A stretch of 64,000 nt of DNA from Dehalococcoidia bacterium (GTDB lineage Bacteria > Chloroflexota > Dehalococcoidia > UBA6926), in contig CAXXET010000004.1 of NCBI GenBank assembly GCA_963666115.2, positions 320,001 through 384,000 of the forward strand, read 5' to 3'. A program made the translations under genes and the position numbers. The stretch's first letter is position 1. Each line of letters starts with the position of its first letter. The notes beneath the pieces were generated by a model that searched no databases, had not been told where the DNA came from, and worked only from the letters and a program-made list of their open reading frames with translations. Positions 17,750-27,060 of the stretch are shown here, in pieces.

Positions 17750-17860
17750 ATGAAGGCATTCGCGAAAGGCGGCAAGGGCGGCGGGGGCAAAAACCCCAAC
17801 TACCCGAGCACGACCGGCAACCCGTCCGGCGGCGGCCGGGGCAACGAGCCCAAGAAGTAG
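17750..17860 (+). CDS. 36-aa Gly/Lys-rich small protein MKAFAKGGKGGGGKNPNYPSTTGNPSGGGRGNEPKK (not in the ORF track)
   Basis: strong RBS AAAGGAGG about 6 nt upstream; GC-rich third codon positions; followed by a hairpin. Confidence 0.75.
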   Translation: MKAFAKGGKGGGGKNPNYPSTTGNPSGGGRGNEPKK

Positions 17861-17869
17861 CCGCCAACA

Positions 17870-17906
17870 GCCGCCTGCCCGGTACCGGGCAGGCGGCCAC
17901 ATTTTT
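17870..17906 (+). terminator. hairpin terminator between the small peptide gene and the radical SAM gene
   Basis: GCCGCCTGCCCGG-TA-CCGGGCAGGCGGC followed by CACATTTTT. Confidence 0.7.
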
Positions 17907-17927
17907 GTGCAGTCGTTGTAGCCGTTC

Positions 17928-19262
17928 TTATGCCGCCATGCCGCAGGTGCCGGGGTTGAGGGGGCAGGTGGAGCAGTTGGCTGCGGATTGGGCGTGGAGC
18001 TCCATCGCGCGCTTGGAGGGTTGGGCGGGGGTGGCAGCTCGCCCCTGAGCAGGCTGCTCCTGGAAGAGGGGGAGTTCGGTTTGCTTGGCGGGGGTGGGCT
18101 TGTGGCCGGGGAAGCGGATGAAGGGGAGGGCGCGCTTGAGGACGACGCCCATCGCCTTGAGTTCGCGGTTCTGGGTTATGGAGTGCTGACCCCGCTGGTC
18201 GATGATGCGGCTCGCGGCCAACGGCCCGACACCGGGAACGCGCAGCAGTTCCTGCTCGCTCGCCTGGTTGACGTCCACGGGGAATCGCTCAAAGTTGGTC
18301 ATGGCGATCATGAGCTTGGGGTCCATGCGCGTATCGAGGAAGCCGTCGTCACTGAACGCCGGGCGCAGTTCCTCGGAATCGTAGCCGTAGATGCGGGACA
18401 GCCAATCCATCTGGTAGAGGCGATGCTCACGCGCGAGCGGCGTTGCCGGGTGCTCTTCCAGCGGCGTGTACTGCACGGGGCGGAAGGCGGAGTAGTAGAC
18501 ACGCTTGAAGCCGTAGTTTCCATAGAGGCCGGTCATCCGCTCGTAGATGTCCCAATCCGACTCATCCGCCGCGCCGACGACCATCTGCGTTGCCTGGCCG
18601 ACCGCGCCGCCGTACTTCTCCTGCATGAGATCGCTGATGCGCCCCATCGGCTCGATGATGCCCTTGTCGAAGTCCTTCATCTTGCTGACTTTGCGGAGAT
18701 GCTCGCGCGAGGGGGATTCGATATTGATGGAGAGGCGCGCGCCGAGGCGGTGGCTCGCCTCCAGCAGCGACTCGTCGTTCGTGCCGGGCATGACCTTGAG
18801 ATGGACGTAGCCGCGGAACCCATAGCGAGAACGGACGGCGTCCACCACGTCCAGCAGGCGCTCCTGCGTAGCGTTGGGGTTCTTGAAGATGCCGGAGCTG
18901 AGGAAGAGGCCGTCCACCATGTGGCGTTGGCGCATCTCATTGAAGAGGCGGGCGAGCTCGTCCACCTTGAAACCGTAGCGCCTGCGCGGGACCCAGTGGG
19001 AGTTGGGGCAGTAGTGGCAGTCCATGATGCAGTGGTCGGTGAACATGACGCGGAGGAGGGAGATACGCTTGCCGTTGGGCATGGCGGCCTTGTAGACGCC
19101 GGCGTGGGGGGTGACACCACCGCGCGGGCCCACGCGCTCGCCGCCGGTGGCGCGACGCGCCGCGCCGTCCGAGCGTTCGGCGGGCGACAGGACGTCATCC
19201 GTCGCCATTCCGCCCAGGTGACGGAGTTTTTCGTACACGTCCGGCGCGCTCTTGATCAGCAT
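17928..19262 (-). CDS. putative DNA modification/repair radical SAM protein with a C-terminal helix-hairpin-helix
   Basis: CIMDCHYC, GLFLSSG, FRGYVHLK, KRVYYSAF, REHRLYQMDWL and LLRVPGVGP motifs (TIGR03916-type). Confidence 0.9.
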   Translation of the reverse strand: MLIKSAPDVYEKLRHLGGMATDDVLSPAERSDGAARRATGGERVGPRGGVTPHAGVYKAAMPNGKRISLLRVMFTDHCIMDCHYCPNSHWVPRRRYGFKVDELARLFNEMRQRHMVDGLFLSSGIFKNPNATQERLLDVVDAVRSRYGFRGYVHLKVMPGTNDESLLEASHRLGARLSINIESPSREHLRKVSKMKDFDKGIIEPMGRISDLMQEKYGGAVGQATQMVVGAADESDWDIYERMTGLYGNYGFKRVYYSAFRPVQYTPLEEHPATPLAREHRLYQMDWLSRIYGYDSEELRPAFSDDGFLDTRMDPKLMIAMTNFERFPVDVNQASEQELLRVPGVGPLAASRIIDQRGQHSITQNRELKAMGVVLKRALPFIRFPGHKPTPAKQTELPLFQEQPAQGRAATPAQPSKRAMELHAQSAANCSTCPLNPGTCGMAA

Positions 19263-19277
19263 GGCAGGCCTCCCTTA

Positions 19278-19323
19278 TAGAAACATATGTTCTATATCAT
19301 AGAGGACTCTCTGAGCCTGTCAA
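19278..19323 (-). promoter_or_regulatory. sigma70 promoter (TTGACA-N16-TATGAT) with a LexA-type SOS box at the start site
   Basis: minus strand TAGAACATATGTTTCTA (GAAC-N4-GTTT) at 19278-19294; -10 at 19296-19301; -35 at 19318-19323. Confidence 0.8.
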
Positions 19324-19363
19324 CCCCCTGTCAGGGTGAGCGGGGGGCACAATTGAGGCTTTA

Positions 19364-19411
19364 GATTCTTCGCTGCGCTCAGAATGACATGAGGGCGGTT
19401 TCAGAATGACA
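19364..19411 (+). repeat. family A repeat plus partial copy
   Basis: full copy at 19364-19389; TCAGAATGACA at 19401-19411. Confidence 0.9.
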
Positions 19412-19420
19412 TGGGGGCGG

Positions 19421-20248
19421 TTAGCGGAGGGTGTAGAGCCAGCCTTCGTCGTGGGCGAAGCCCTGTTGGGCGGGGTTTGGTTGGGTGAAGGCGTCGGGGT
19501 CGCGATGCCATTGGAGGGCGCCGACCAGGTTGACGACGGCATCAAGGCAGTCGGCATTGGCGCGGGATGCCAGGCGGATGTGTTCCGGGAGGGGCGCGCC
19601 GATCCACTCTTCGAGCCGCGACAGGATTTCGTGGCGGCGCGACAGGCTGTTTTCGCCGTTCTTGTAGCCGACGCCTGAATCGGCGCGGGCGCGCAGGAGT
19701 TGACCGGGCATCAGTTCGACGAGGGTCACGTCCCAGCGTGAGGAATTGGCTGGGAGGGGCGGAATGTGGAACCGGCCGCGGGCACGGGCCAAGAGCCGCC
19801 CGAGCATCGCCATGCCGTGGTAGGTCATCGGGACCATGTTTGGGTTGGTGACGTGGAGGGGGGAGAAGGCGGGGGCTGCATCGCTGGCGCGGCGGGGTTC
19901 GCCGTAGGCGGCGACATACTCTCGCGCCACCTCTTCGAATTCGGCCTGGGGCGTGGTGGACATGCGGTCGCAGGAGTCCATGAGGCCCTCGCCCCACCTG
20001 ATGAAGCCTTGCGTGACGGCAAAGTCGGCCGGCAATCCGAAGGGGAAATCGAGGGCGGCGATGGCGGGGCCTTCGATGGTCAGCAGCATTTGTTCCAGAT
20101 CGGCGCGGCGGATGGGGAACGGGGTCTGCCACTCGATGCGGCCATCGTCGTCGCCGATGGCGGCCATAGCGATCCACGTGGCGTTATCGGCTTGGGAGCC
20201 GCTGAAGTCTACGCCGATGAGGGTGGTGGTTGGTGATGCTGTGGTCAT
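19421..20248 (-). CDS. DUF429-like protein (predicted RNase H-like nuclease)
   Basis: IGVDFSG, ALDFPFGLP, VELMPG and DCLDAV motifs. Confidence 0.75.
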   Translation of the reverse strand: MTTASPTTTLIGVDFSGSQADNATWIAMAAIGDDDGRIEWQTPFPIRRADLEQMLLTIEGPAIAALDFPFGLPADFAVTQGFIRWGEGLMDSCDRMSTTPQAEFEEVAREYVAAYGEPRRASDAAPAFSPLHVTNPNMVPMTYHGMAMLGRLLARARGRFHIPPLPANSSRWDVTLVELMPGQLLRARADSGVGYKNGENSLSRRHEILSRLEEWIGAPLPEHIRLASRANADCLDAVVNLVGALQWHRDPDAFTQPNPAQQGFAHDEGWLYTLR

Positions 20249-20349
20249 GCCGCCATTATGGCGCAAGTGGTTGTAGGACGCGACAGGGGAGGCGAAATCA
20301 CGCGGTCCTTAAGCTGGGGGCGGTGTGTATTTTGCGATATAATCCCCCA

Positions 20350-20820
20350 ATGAATAAGAACGCCCTCATTCCGTACCTCCTCCTCTTTATCGCCATTGTG
20401 GCGCTTGCCATCTGGACGGTCTTCCACACCGTTCAGATCGCCCAGATAGACCAACTGGAAGAGAACGTGGAGGCGAATTCGGCGGCGGTAGCTGCGATTC
20501 CCTCGCCCGTTCCGACGGCCACAGCCGTTCCGACTGCGACGCCGGCGCCGACCTCGACACCCATGCCGACCGCAACCCCGGCCGTACAGGAGAACGTCAC
20601 CACCCCGACGGCTACGCCCCCGTCCGGCGATGACCTTGTTGACTCTCTCCCTCTGGAGGAGCAACTGGAGTTAGGTTGCCAAGTTTTGTTGGTCATGCGC
20701 GACCAAAACCAGGATGTGAAGAACATGTTTCTGCTGGAGACCGGCCTCACACTGGATGAGTTCAGAGACGGAGTTTTCTGGTGCGAGTTGTTTGGCCCCA
20801 CGTCTCTACAGGATGAGTGA
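20350..20820 (+). CDS. membrane-anchored hypothetical protein with a PTATP linker
   Basis: N-terminal TM helix, Pro/Thr repeats, TATAAT 6 nt before the ATG. Confidence 0.7.
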   Translation: MNKNALIPYLLLFIAIVALAIWTVFHTVQIAQIDQLEENVEANSAAVAAIPSPVPTATAVPTATPAPTSTPMPTATPAVQENVTTPTATPPSGDDLVDSLPLEEQLELGCQVLLVMRDQNQDVKNMFLLETGLTLDEFRDGVFWCELFGPTSLQDE

Positions 20821-21042
20821 TGGCCGGTCAAGCCGGGGGCGAGGGGCTGAGGGAGAGCGTGCCCATGAGAGAGCGCGAGACCCACCTTGCGGTCGAACAG
20901 GAAGGGAACGTCGTCGCCCTGCTGTGCTGAGCGCGTTCGGGGGTGCTCTGTCACGCTTCGGGGGAGTAGCCCTTTCAATTGGTGGCCAGACAGAGATGGG
21001 AGCGCATCACAGACGCGCAGATGCGTTAGGAGCTAGGCAAGA

Positions 21043-21970
21043 ATGAAGCAGGGCATGGCGATAATTCGATCCGTTGCGGCTCAACTGAGAACTGATCTGG
21101 GCAAACTGAGGGCTGAACTTGCAGAGTTGCGCAAGGTCTCTGCGAAAGACCCCCGCAGGGGGTTCAGCATCAACTTCATGCTGGCCCTGACGGTCTTTTG
21201 CGCTCATTACGTTTTTGACCTGGGGGTTCGACTACGTTGACGGACTATACGATAGGATCTTGGTGACTCTCGTTGCCCCGCTGTTTCCTGTGTCGGCGTT
21301 CATTGAAGCGGTCCGCCAGAAAGGTGGCGGCCATGAGTTTCCTTGGATCACGTTCAGTTTTGTGATAATGGTGGGCCTGGTTGCGCTTATGGCAATCGGC
21401 GTGCGAGAGAATTTCGATGCAGTGGTACTCAACGGAGCAGTACTGTATGTATCATTCCCATGGCTATTGATGGTCATACCCATGGTTCGACAGAAGAGGA
21501 TACTGGCAGTTGGAATAATTCCAGGCGGGATTATATTGCTCTTGTATTTCACTACGGTCATATTCCCAGAAAGTGTAGATTTGAACGTCGCACTGCTTCC
21601 TTTGGCTCCAGTAGCGATAATCGTCGCTCTCTGGGCACTGCCACTCTGGATTCTATTCAAGGGGGTCGACAGGTGGCACGGACGTCCCATCTCGGGTCCA
21701 GGCATTGAGAGCGTCGCAATGTTCTTTTTGGCTGCACCCGTCGTGGTATCCGCGATGTTGGTCGTCAAAGCGTCTACCGATAACGACACTATGGTTGCGA
21801 TCATCGGCGTACTTACCAGCCTTGTATTTAGCAGCGCAGTATCTGTGCCGTTCAGGGAGTTTCTCCGCGATCTGGGGAATCTCTCGGGGAATGACACCGC
21901 TCTGGAAGACGGCGAAGATGGTCAAGGCCATGGCGACGCGGCTGACAATGCGCACGATCGTCAGCGTTAA
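21043..21970 (+). pseudogene. multi-TM hypothetical membrane protein with a frameshift at a G5 run (21222-21226)
   Basis: removing one G joins 21043-21240 to 21215-21970 (..YVFDLGFDYVDG..); lower GC than the flanks. Confidence 0.6.
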
Positions 21971-21976
21971 CGAGCA

Positions 21977-22011
21977 CCCCTCACCCTAACCCTCTCCCAG
22001 AGGGAGAGGGG
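21977..22011 (+). repeat. family C repeat
   Basis: CCCCTCACCCTAACCCTCTCCCAGAGGGAGAGGGG. Confidence 0.85.
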
Positions 22012-22044
22012 ATTTTCTGGGTGTCGTTACTCGGTTGGATTACA

Positions 22045-22128
22045 CTACGAGTTCTGGATTCCCGCTTTCGCGGGCAAGACGAGGCTGCTGGCCGGAACGA
22101 GGGGCATGTGCATATCAAGATTAATCAT
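22045..22128 (-). pseudogene. possible relic of a VapC/PIN toxin N-terminus running into a family B repeat
   Basis: MINLDMHM.. overlaps the antitoxin end and resembles the PIN start MxxLDTH; then reads VLPAKAGIQNS* from the repeat at 22057-22080. Confidence 0.45.
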
Positions 22129-22375
22129 CCGGTTCCCACCACACGCCTGTGGGCGTAGTTTCGTCCTTGATCTCCGGCTTGCCCCGGAGGATTCGGTACG
22201 GGTCTGAGTTGTGCAGGTGTTCGTCCGGCCGGCTATCCGTGGAATCGCCTGTGTTATGGGGGAGGACGCGGGCGATGGGCTTGCCGCCATCTGTCACGAT
22301 CAGGCCGTCCGTGTCCAGTTCGCTGAGCAGCGCGAGACACTCGTCTTGGAACTGCGAGGTTTCGATTGTCTTCAT
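22121..22375 (-). CDS. Phd/YefM-like antitoxin
   Basis: MKTIETSQFQDECLALL...LIVTDGGKPIARVLP pattern; AGGAG RBS. Confidence 0.75.
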   Translation of the reverse strand: MKTIETSQFQDECLALLSELDTDGLIVTDGGKPIARVLPHNTGDSTDSRPDEHLHNSDPYRILRGKPEIKDETTPTGVWWEPDD

Positions 22376-22408
22376 TGCGATGCTCCTGTTCGGGCAGGGC
22401 GGTTGCTT

Positions 22409-24853
22409 CTATCTCAGCGCGTCGGCGGCGGCGAGTTCGCGGGTTTCTTCCTGGCCGATGCCGAGAATCTCGGTGAGGATGGCGTCCGTGTGTTCGTTGA
22501 GCATGGGGGCTCGGCGGAGTTCGCCTGCGTATTCGCCGTTGACTTGCCAGGGGACTTTGGCGGTGCGGCGCGGGCCTGCCTCCGGGTGGTCGATTGTGGC
22601 GAAGAAGTTTCGCGCTTGGGGGTGGGGGTGTTCGACTACTTCCAGCGGGTCGAGGATGGGGGCGGCGGAGACGCCGACGGCGGCGAGTTCATCGGCCATG
22701 GTGTATTTGTCTCGCGACTTTGTCCACGCGGCGATGATGTCATCGAGCGCGGCCTCGTTCTGCTTGCGGGATTCAGGGGTGGCAAAGCGGCTATCGTTGG
22801 CAAGGTCGTTGATGGCGCTGGACAAGCCAGTCCATTCGGAATCAGTGCGGGCGGTTATGGCAATCCATTGGTCGTCACCGTTGGCGGGGTAGATGTTGTG
22901 GGGGGCGTGGAGGGGGTGGTGGGAGCCATCGCGTTGGGGCGTGTAGCTGCCCGTGGCGCGGGCGACCATCGGCTCCGTGATGAGCGTCATGAGGGCTTCG
23001 GTCATTGCGACGTCGACATGATGCCCCATGCCGGTGCGGCGGCGGTCGTGGAGCGCGGTCAGCGTGGCCATGGCGGCGTAGGTGGCGGAGACGACGTCCG
23101 GGAAGTAGGAGCCGAGCAGCCGCTGGTGGCCGCCTGCGTAGCCGGTGACGTCCGTGAGGCCGCAGAAGGCGTTGATGATGCTGTGGAGGCCGCTGTAGTC
23201 CTTGAGGGGGCCGCTCCTGCCAAAGGCGGCGACAGACGTGTAGATGACACGGGGGTTGAGGGGGGCGATGTCTTCATAGCCGAGTCCCCACCGCTCCATG
23301 AGGCCGGTGGAGAAGTTCTCAAGCACGATGTCCGCGGACGCACACAGGCGGCGGGCAACGCCCCTGCCCTCTTCGGTCCGGAGGTTGATGGGGATGGCGC
23401 GCTTGCCCATGCTGAGCGTGTTGTAGGCGCCGGCGCGGTTCATGCCGGGAATCTCATTGGCGAACGGGGGCGAGTTGCGGAAATCGGCGGGGTTCTCACG
23501 GCTCTCAACCTGGATGACGTCCGCGCCGAGGGCGGCGAGCCACTTGGCGCAGTACGGGATGGCGATGTATTGGCCGAAGTCAATGACGCGGATGCCTTTC
23601 AGGGGGAGGGAGGGGGTGGGAGGATTCTTCGCTGCGCTCAGAATGACATCGTTTGCGTCAGTGGCATTGTTTGCGCCGTTGACTGATGTTGGCGCGGGGA
23701 CGGAACCATCGGCCTCCGGCTTGCCGGATTCGTTGCGGGGGTAGCCGGTGAGGATGAACGGCGCGCCGGTGAAAGGGACTTCCTGGCCGTCCTGCGTGGC
23801 AACCGCGCGGATGAAACGGCGCTCGCGGACGTGTTCGTGGGTCAGAACCTGGTCGAGGGTCGTGGACCAGAACGCGGGGATGTTGCGGGCTTGCAGCTCT
23901 TCTGTGATTTCCTTGCCGGTACGCTCCATCGTCCAGTTGGTCATCAGGACGCTGACGACGTCCCAGTTCATGGCGCGCTTCGTGCCATCGTCGAAGTCCT
24001 CCGTGTAGGCCCACTCCGGGCTGCCCATGACCTCGGCGAACTGCTCCCAGTGGCGGGCGCTCATGGCGACGATGACGATCCAGCCGTCCTTGCACTCGAT
24101 GTAGCAGTTGGGCTGGCGGGCAAGGATGTTGGGGCCGCGATCAAGCACACGCTCCAGGTATTCGCGCTGCAGAACGGGGTGGTAGTTGAGGGCGGTGACG
24201 GCCTCGAGTTCGGAGAGTTCGATGCGCGTGCCGGTGACGCCCGGCCCTGTTCCGTTGCCACTGCCGGATTCCGCGTAGAGCGTGGCGAGCGTGGCGACGA
24301 CGCCGACTGCGCCGGCCATGAGCGATGGGACGGACGCGCCGGTGGGCATGAGCGGCGGTTCATTGGGGAGATCATAGGTGGTGTCCGGCGGGCCGGGGGT
24401 GGTCCACGCCATGCCGCAGAGCGACCACGTTGCGAGATCGCTGGGCGGGAGGTTCGCAAGCGGGCCGTCCGCGCCGTAGGGCGTGAGAGAGACGACGGTC
24501 AGATGGGGGTAGCGGGCGTGGATGGCGTCCCAATCAAGGAAGGAGTTGTCACCGTCGAACAGGCCAACGTCCTCGATGAGGATGTCCTGCCCATCAAGGG
24601 CTGCGACCAGGGATTCCGGCGTGACGGTTTCGGCGTCAGTGTCAGAGCGGTGGGACTTGTTGGCGTTGAGGGAGCGGTGGAGCATGGGGTCCCATTCCGG
24701 CATTTCGCGTCCCTTGAGGCGGACGTAGAGGTTCCTCATGCGGCGGACGCGGTCGACGTCCGCGCCAAGCTCGCCGAGGAGGCGGGCGGCGTAGGCTCCG
24801 GCGAACGATGCGGTGACATCGACAACTCGCAGATGCGACAGCGGACCTGACAT
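22409..24853 (-). CDS. tandem double-domain CaiB/BaiF (family III) CoA-transferase
   Basis: two domains (PLSHLRVVD..; PLKGIRVIDF..) with ADIVLENF and GHHVDVAM motifs. Confidence 0.9.
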   Translation of the reverse strand: MSGPLSHLRVVDVTASFAGAYAARLLGELGADVDRVRRMRNLYVRLKGREMPEWDPMLHRSLNANKSHRSDTDAETVTPESLVAALDGQDILIEDVGLFDGDNSFLDWDAIHARYPHLTVVSLTPYGADGPLANLPPSDLATWSLCGMAWTTPGPPDTTYDLPNEPPLMPTGASVPSLMAGAVGVVATLATLYAESGSGNGTGPGVTGTRIELSELEAVTALNYHPVLQREYLERVLDRGPNILARQPNCYIECKDGWIVIVAMSARHWEQFAEVMGSPEWAYTEDFDDGTKRAMNWDVVSVLMTNWTMERTGKEITEELQARNIPAFWSTTLDQVLTHEHVRERRFIRAVATQDGQEVPFTGAPFILTGYPRNESGKPEADGSVPAPTSVNGANNATDANDVILSAAKNPPTPSLPLKGIRVIDFGQYIAIPYCAKWLAALGADVIQVESRENPADFRNSPPFANEIPGMNRAGAYNTLSMGKRAIPINLRTEEGRGVARRLCASADIVLENFSTGLMERWGLGYEDIAPLNPRVIYTSVAAFGRSGPLKDYSGLHSIINAFCGLTDVTGYAGGHQRLLGSYFPDVVSATYAAMATLTALHDRRRTGMGHHVDVAMTEALMTLITEPMVARATGSYTPQRDGSHHPLHAPHNIYPANGDDQWIAITARTDSEWTGLSSAINDLANDSRFATPESRKQNEAALDDIIAAWTKSRDKYTMADELAAVGVSAAPILDPLEVVEHPHPQARNFFATIDHPEAGPRRTAKVPWQVNGEYAGELRRAPMLNEHTDAILTEILGIGQEETRELAAADALR
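23623..23648 (+). repeat. family A repeat, in frame in the inter-domain linker (VILSAAKN)
   Basis: exact 26-mer inside the CDS. Confidence 0.9.
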
Positions 24854-24887
24854 AGCGCCCCCTTTGGCCGGTTGGTTACATCGCGGC

Positions 24888-26258
24888 CTACCCTACTGAA
24901 CGATAAATATAGCGTCCGTTGGCGGGGGATGCCACAATTTGGCCGTCCTGGGAGACGGTTTGGCCGCGGATGAGGGTGCGAATCGGCCAGCCGGTGTACT
25001 CCATGCCCTCGTAGATGGAGTAGTCGGCGCGGCCCTGCAGGCCGTCAATGGTGACGGTACGGGTTTCGTCGAGATCGATGATGGCGATGTCGGCGTCCGC
25101 GCCGACCTGGAGTGAGCCCTTTTGCGGCCACATGTTGAAGATCTGGGCGACGTTGGCGGATGTCACTTCCGCGACGCGCTCAAGAGGCAGGCCGCGCTCC
25201 AGGACGCCGTCATTGAGCAGGACGGGCAGTAGCATCGGCATGTTGGGCTGTCCCGGCGACGCGCTCCAGATTGTGCCCTGCTTGCGGTCGCCGAGGCGGG
25301 CGGCGTGGTCTGAGCCGATGGTATCGACGGTGCCGTCCGCGATGGCTTCCCACAGCGCATCCTGGTCATCGGGGCTGCGGAGGGGCGGGTTTTGCTTGCC
25401 AAATGTGCCGACGGGCGAGTCGTAGGTGTGGGAGAGGTAGTGGGGGCAGGTTTCGATGTAGACGCTGCCGCCCAGGGCGCGGAAATCACGCGCCGCCTCA
25501 AGCGTTTCGGCAGAGGTTGTATGCACGACGTATGGCGTGGAGCCGGTTTCGCGTCCAAAGAGCATGACGCGGACAGCGGCCTCGGCCTCCGTGAACGGCG
25601 GGCGCGACTCATGCCACGCCTTGAGGTCATCCCTGCCCGACTCTTCCAGGCGCTTGCGGATGGACCACACGACTTCGATGTTCTCCGTGTGGACGCAGAG
25701 GACGGTTCCGGGGCGCTGGCCGAGCTTTTCAAAGATCTCGTACATCAGGCCGTCGTCGATAGGGGGCAGGCCGATGTACGCGCCTTCTTCGCCGCGGAAG
25801 CTCATGAAGAACTTGAAGCTGGTGATGCCGAACTCGTCCACGTAGCGGTCGATTTCCGCCAGCTGCTCACGCGTGGAGATGATGGCGTGGAGGGCGTAGT
25901 CGATCAGGCTCTGGGAATCGCCCCACTCGCGGTACTGCTGGTATTCGGCCTCGTAGGGGTCGTTGGACATCAGGAAGTGGATGAGGGTTGTGATGCCGTG
26001 GAGGGCGGCGGCGCGGGTTTCGGTGTCAAAAGCGGTTGCGGCGTCGCCGAGGTTCAGGTGGGTGTGGGGATCGATGACGCCGGGGATGATGAATTTTCCG
26101 CGGGCGTCTATGAATTGCCTGGCGTCGACGTCAGCACCGGGGTCGAGGTGGGCGGCGATACGACCGTCCGTGATAGCGAGATCGATACGGCGCTGGCCGC
26201 CGCCGTAGGGGAGGACGACTTCGGCACCGTGTATGAGTGTGTCGAATGCGAATGGCAT
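24888..26258 (-). CDS. cyclic amidohydrolase (dihydropyrimidinase/hydantoinase/allantoinase family)
   Basis: PGVIDPHTH, SFKFFM, VHTEN, ETCPHYL, NPPLR and GSDHA motifs. Confidence 0.9.
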   Translation of the reverse strand: MPFAFDTLIHGAEVVLPYGGGQRRIDLAITDGRIAAHLDPGADVDARQFIDARGKFIIPGVIDPHTHLNLGDAATAFDTETRAAALHGITTLIHFLMSNDPYEAEYQQYREWGDSQSLIDYALHAIISTREQLAEIDRYVDEFGITSFKFFMSFRGEEGAYIGLPPIDDGLMYEIFEKLGQRPGTVLCVHTENIEVVWSIRKRLEESGRDDLKAWHESRPPFTEAEAAVRVMLFGRETGSTPYVVHTTSAETLEAARDFRALGGSVYIETCPHYLSHTYDSPVGTFGKQNPPLRSPDDQDALWEAIADGTVDTIGSDHAARLGDRKQGTIWSASPGQPNMPMLLPVLLNDGVLERGLPLERVAEVTSANVAQIFNMWPQKGSLQVGADADIAIIDLDETRTVTIDGLQGRADYSIYEGMEYTGWPIRTLIRGQTVSQDGQIVASPANGRYIYRSVG

Positions 26259-26332
26259 AAAGACTCTCCGTTTGTCTTGTCCCGTTCGGGTGGCGTTAGA
26301 GGAATGATAGCGGTTTGCGGAGAGTCAGGGGG

Positions 26333-27043
26333 TTACGGCACGTCCATGTTTTTGAGGCGGTGGAGGGTTAGGAGGGCGAAGAGGACGAGGACGATGGCTG
26401 CGCCGACCAGGGCGGCGACGCCGTCGATTGAATTGGGCGTGAATATCTCGCCGTCGCTGGCCCATTCCATGACGGAGAGGGTGTAGCCGTTGATGCTGAG
26501 ATACTTGACGCCGGCGAGAATGTTTGAGGCAACGCCCTCCCACACGAATACGTACACGATGGCGAACGCGAGAGCCTGGCCGGTGACGAGTCCAAGCCAC
26601 GTGAAGATGGCGGAATAGCCGATGACGCCAATGGCGATGCCGAGAAGGAACGCGAGGAATGTCGTGCTCGCGGCGTCATAGACAAGCCAGCCGGTGACTA
26701 CCGCAGACACGCCCACCAGCGCGCCGCTCACGATTATGACGCCAACCAGCTTGGCGACCACGATCTCCCACCGCCCAATGGGCTTCATGGTGAGAAAGCC
26801 GAGTGTGCGATCCTCCACCTCATTGCCAAATGCCGGGGTGGCGGTGATAGCGACGGTCAGGGGCAGGACGATGGCAACGACGACCGCGCCGATGAACTCC
26901 TCTTCCGTCGCGGTGGTATCCGCATCGGACAACGCGCGAATCAGGAGCGTCACCCCTGCCGGAAGCAGGGCGAGCGCCAACAGGATGATCACCCGGCGAA
27001 GCCCGGTCACCTGCCGCAGCGTGAGCAAGAAGACCTGCATCAT
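26333..27043 (-). CDS. ABC-2 type transporter permease
   Basis: EVEDRTLGFLTMKPIGRWEIVVAK motif; about 6 TM segments. Confidence 0.85.
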   Translation of the reverse strand: MMQVFLLTLRQVTGLRRVIILLALALLPAGVTLLIRALSDADTTATEEEFIGAVVVAIVLPLTVAITATPAFGNEVEDRTLGFLTMKPIGRWEIVVAKLVGVIIVSGALVGVSAVVTGWLVYDAASTTFLAFLLGIAIGVIGYSAIFTWLGLVTGQALAFAIVYVFVWEGVASNILAGVKYLSINGYTLSVMEWASDGEIFTPNSIDGVAALVGAAIVLVLFALLTLHRLKNMDVP

Positions 27044-27060
27044 GTGTCTGTCCGCCTCGT

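Noticed and set aside
20500-20625. PTATP repeats as a DNA repeat element
   Set aside because: An ordinary Pro/Thr protein linker with variable codons.
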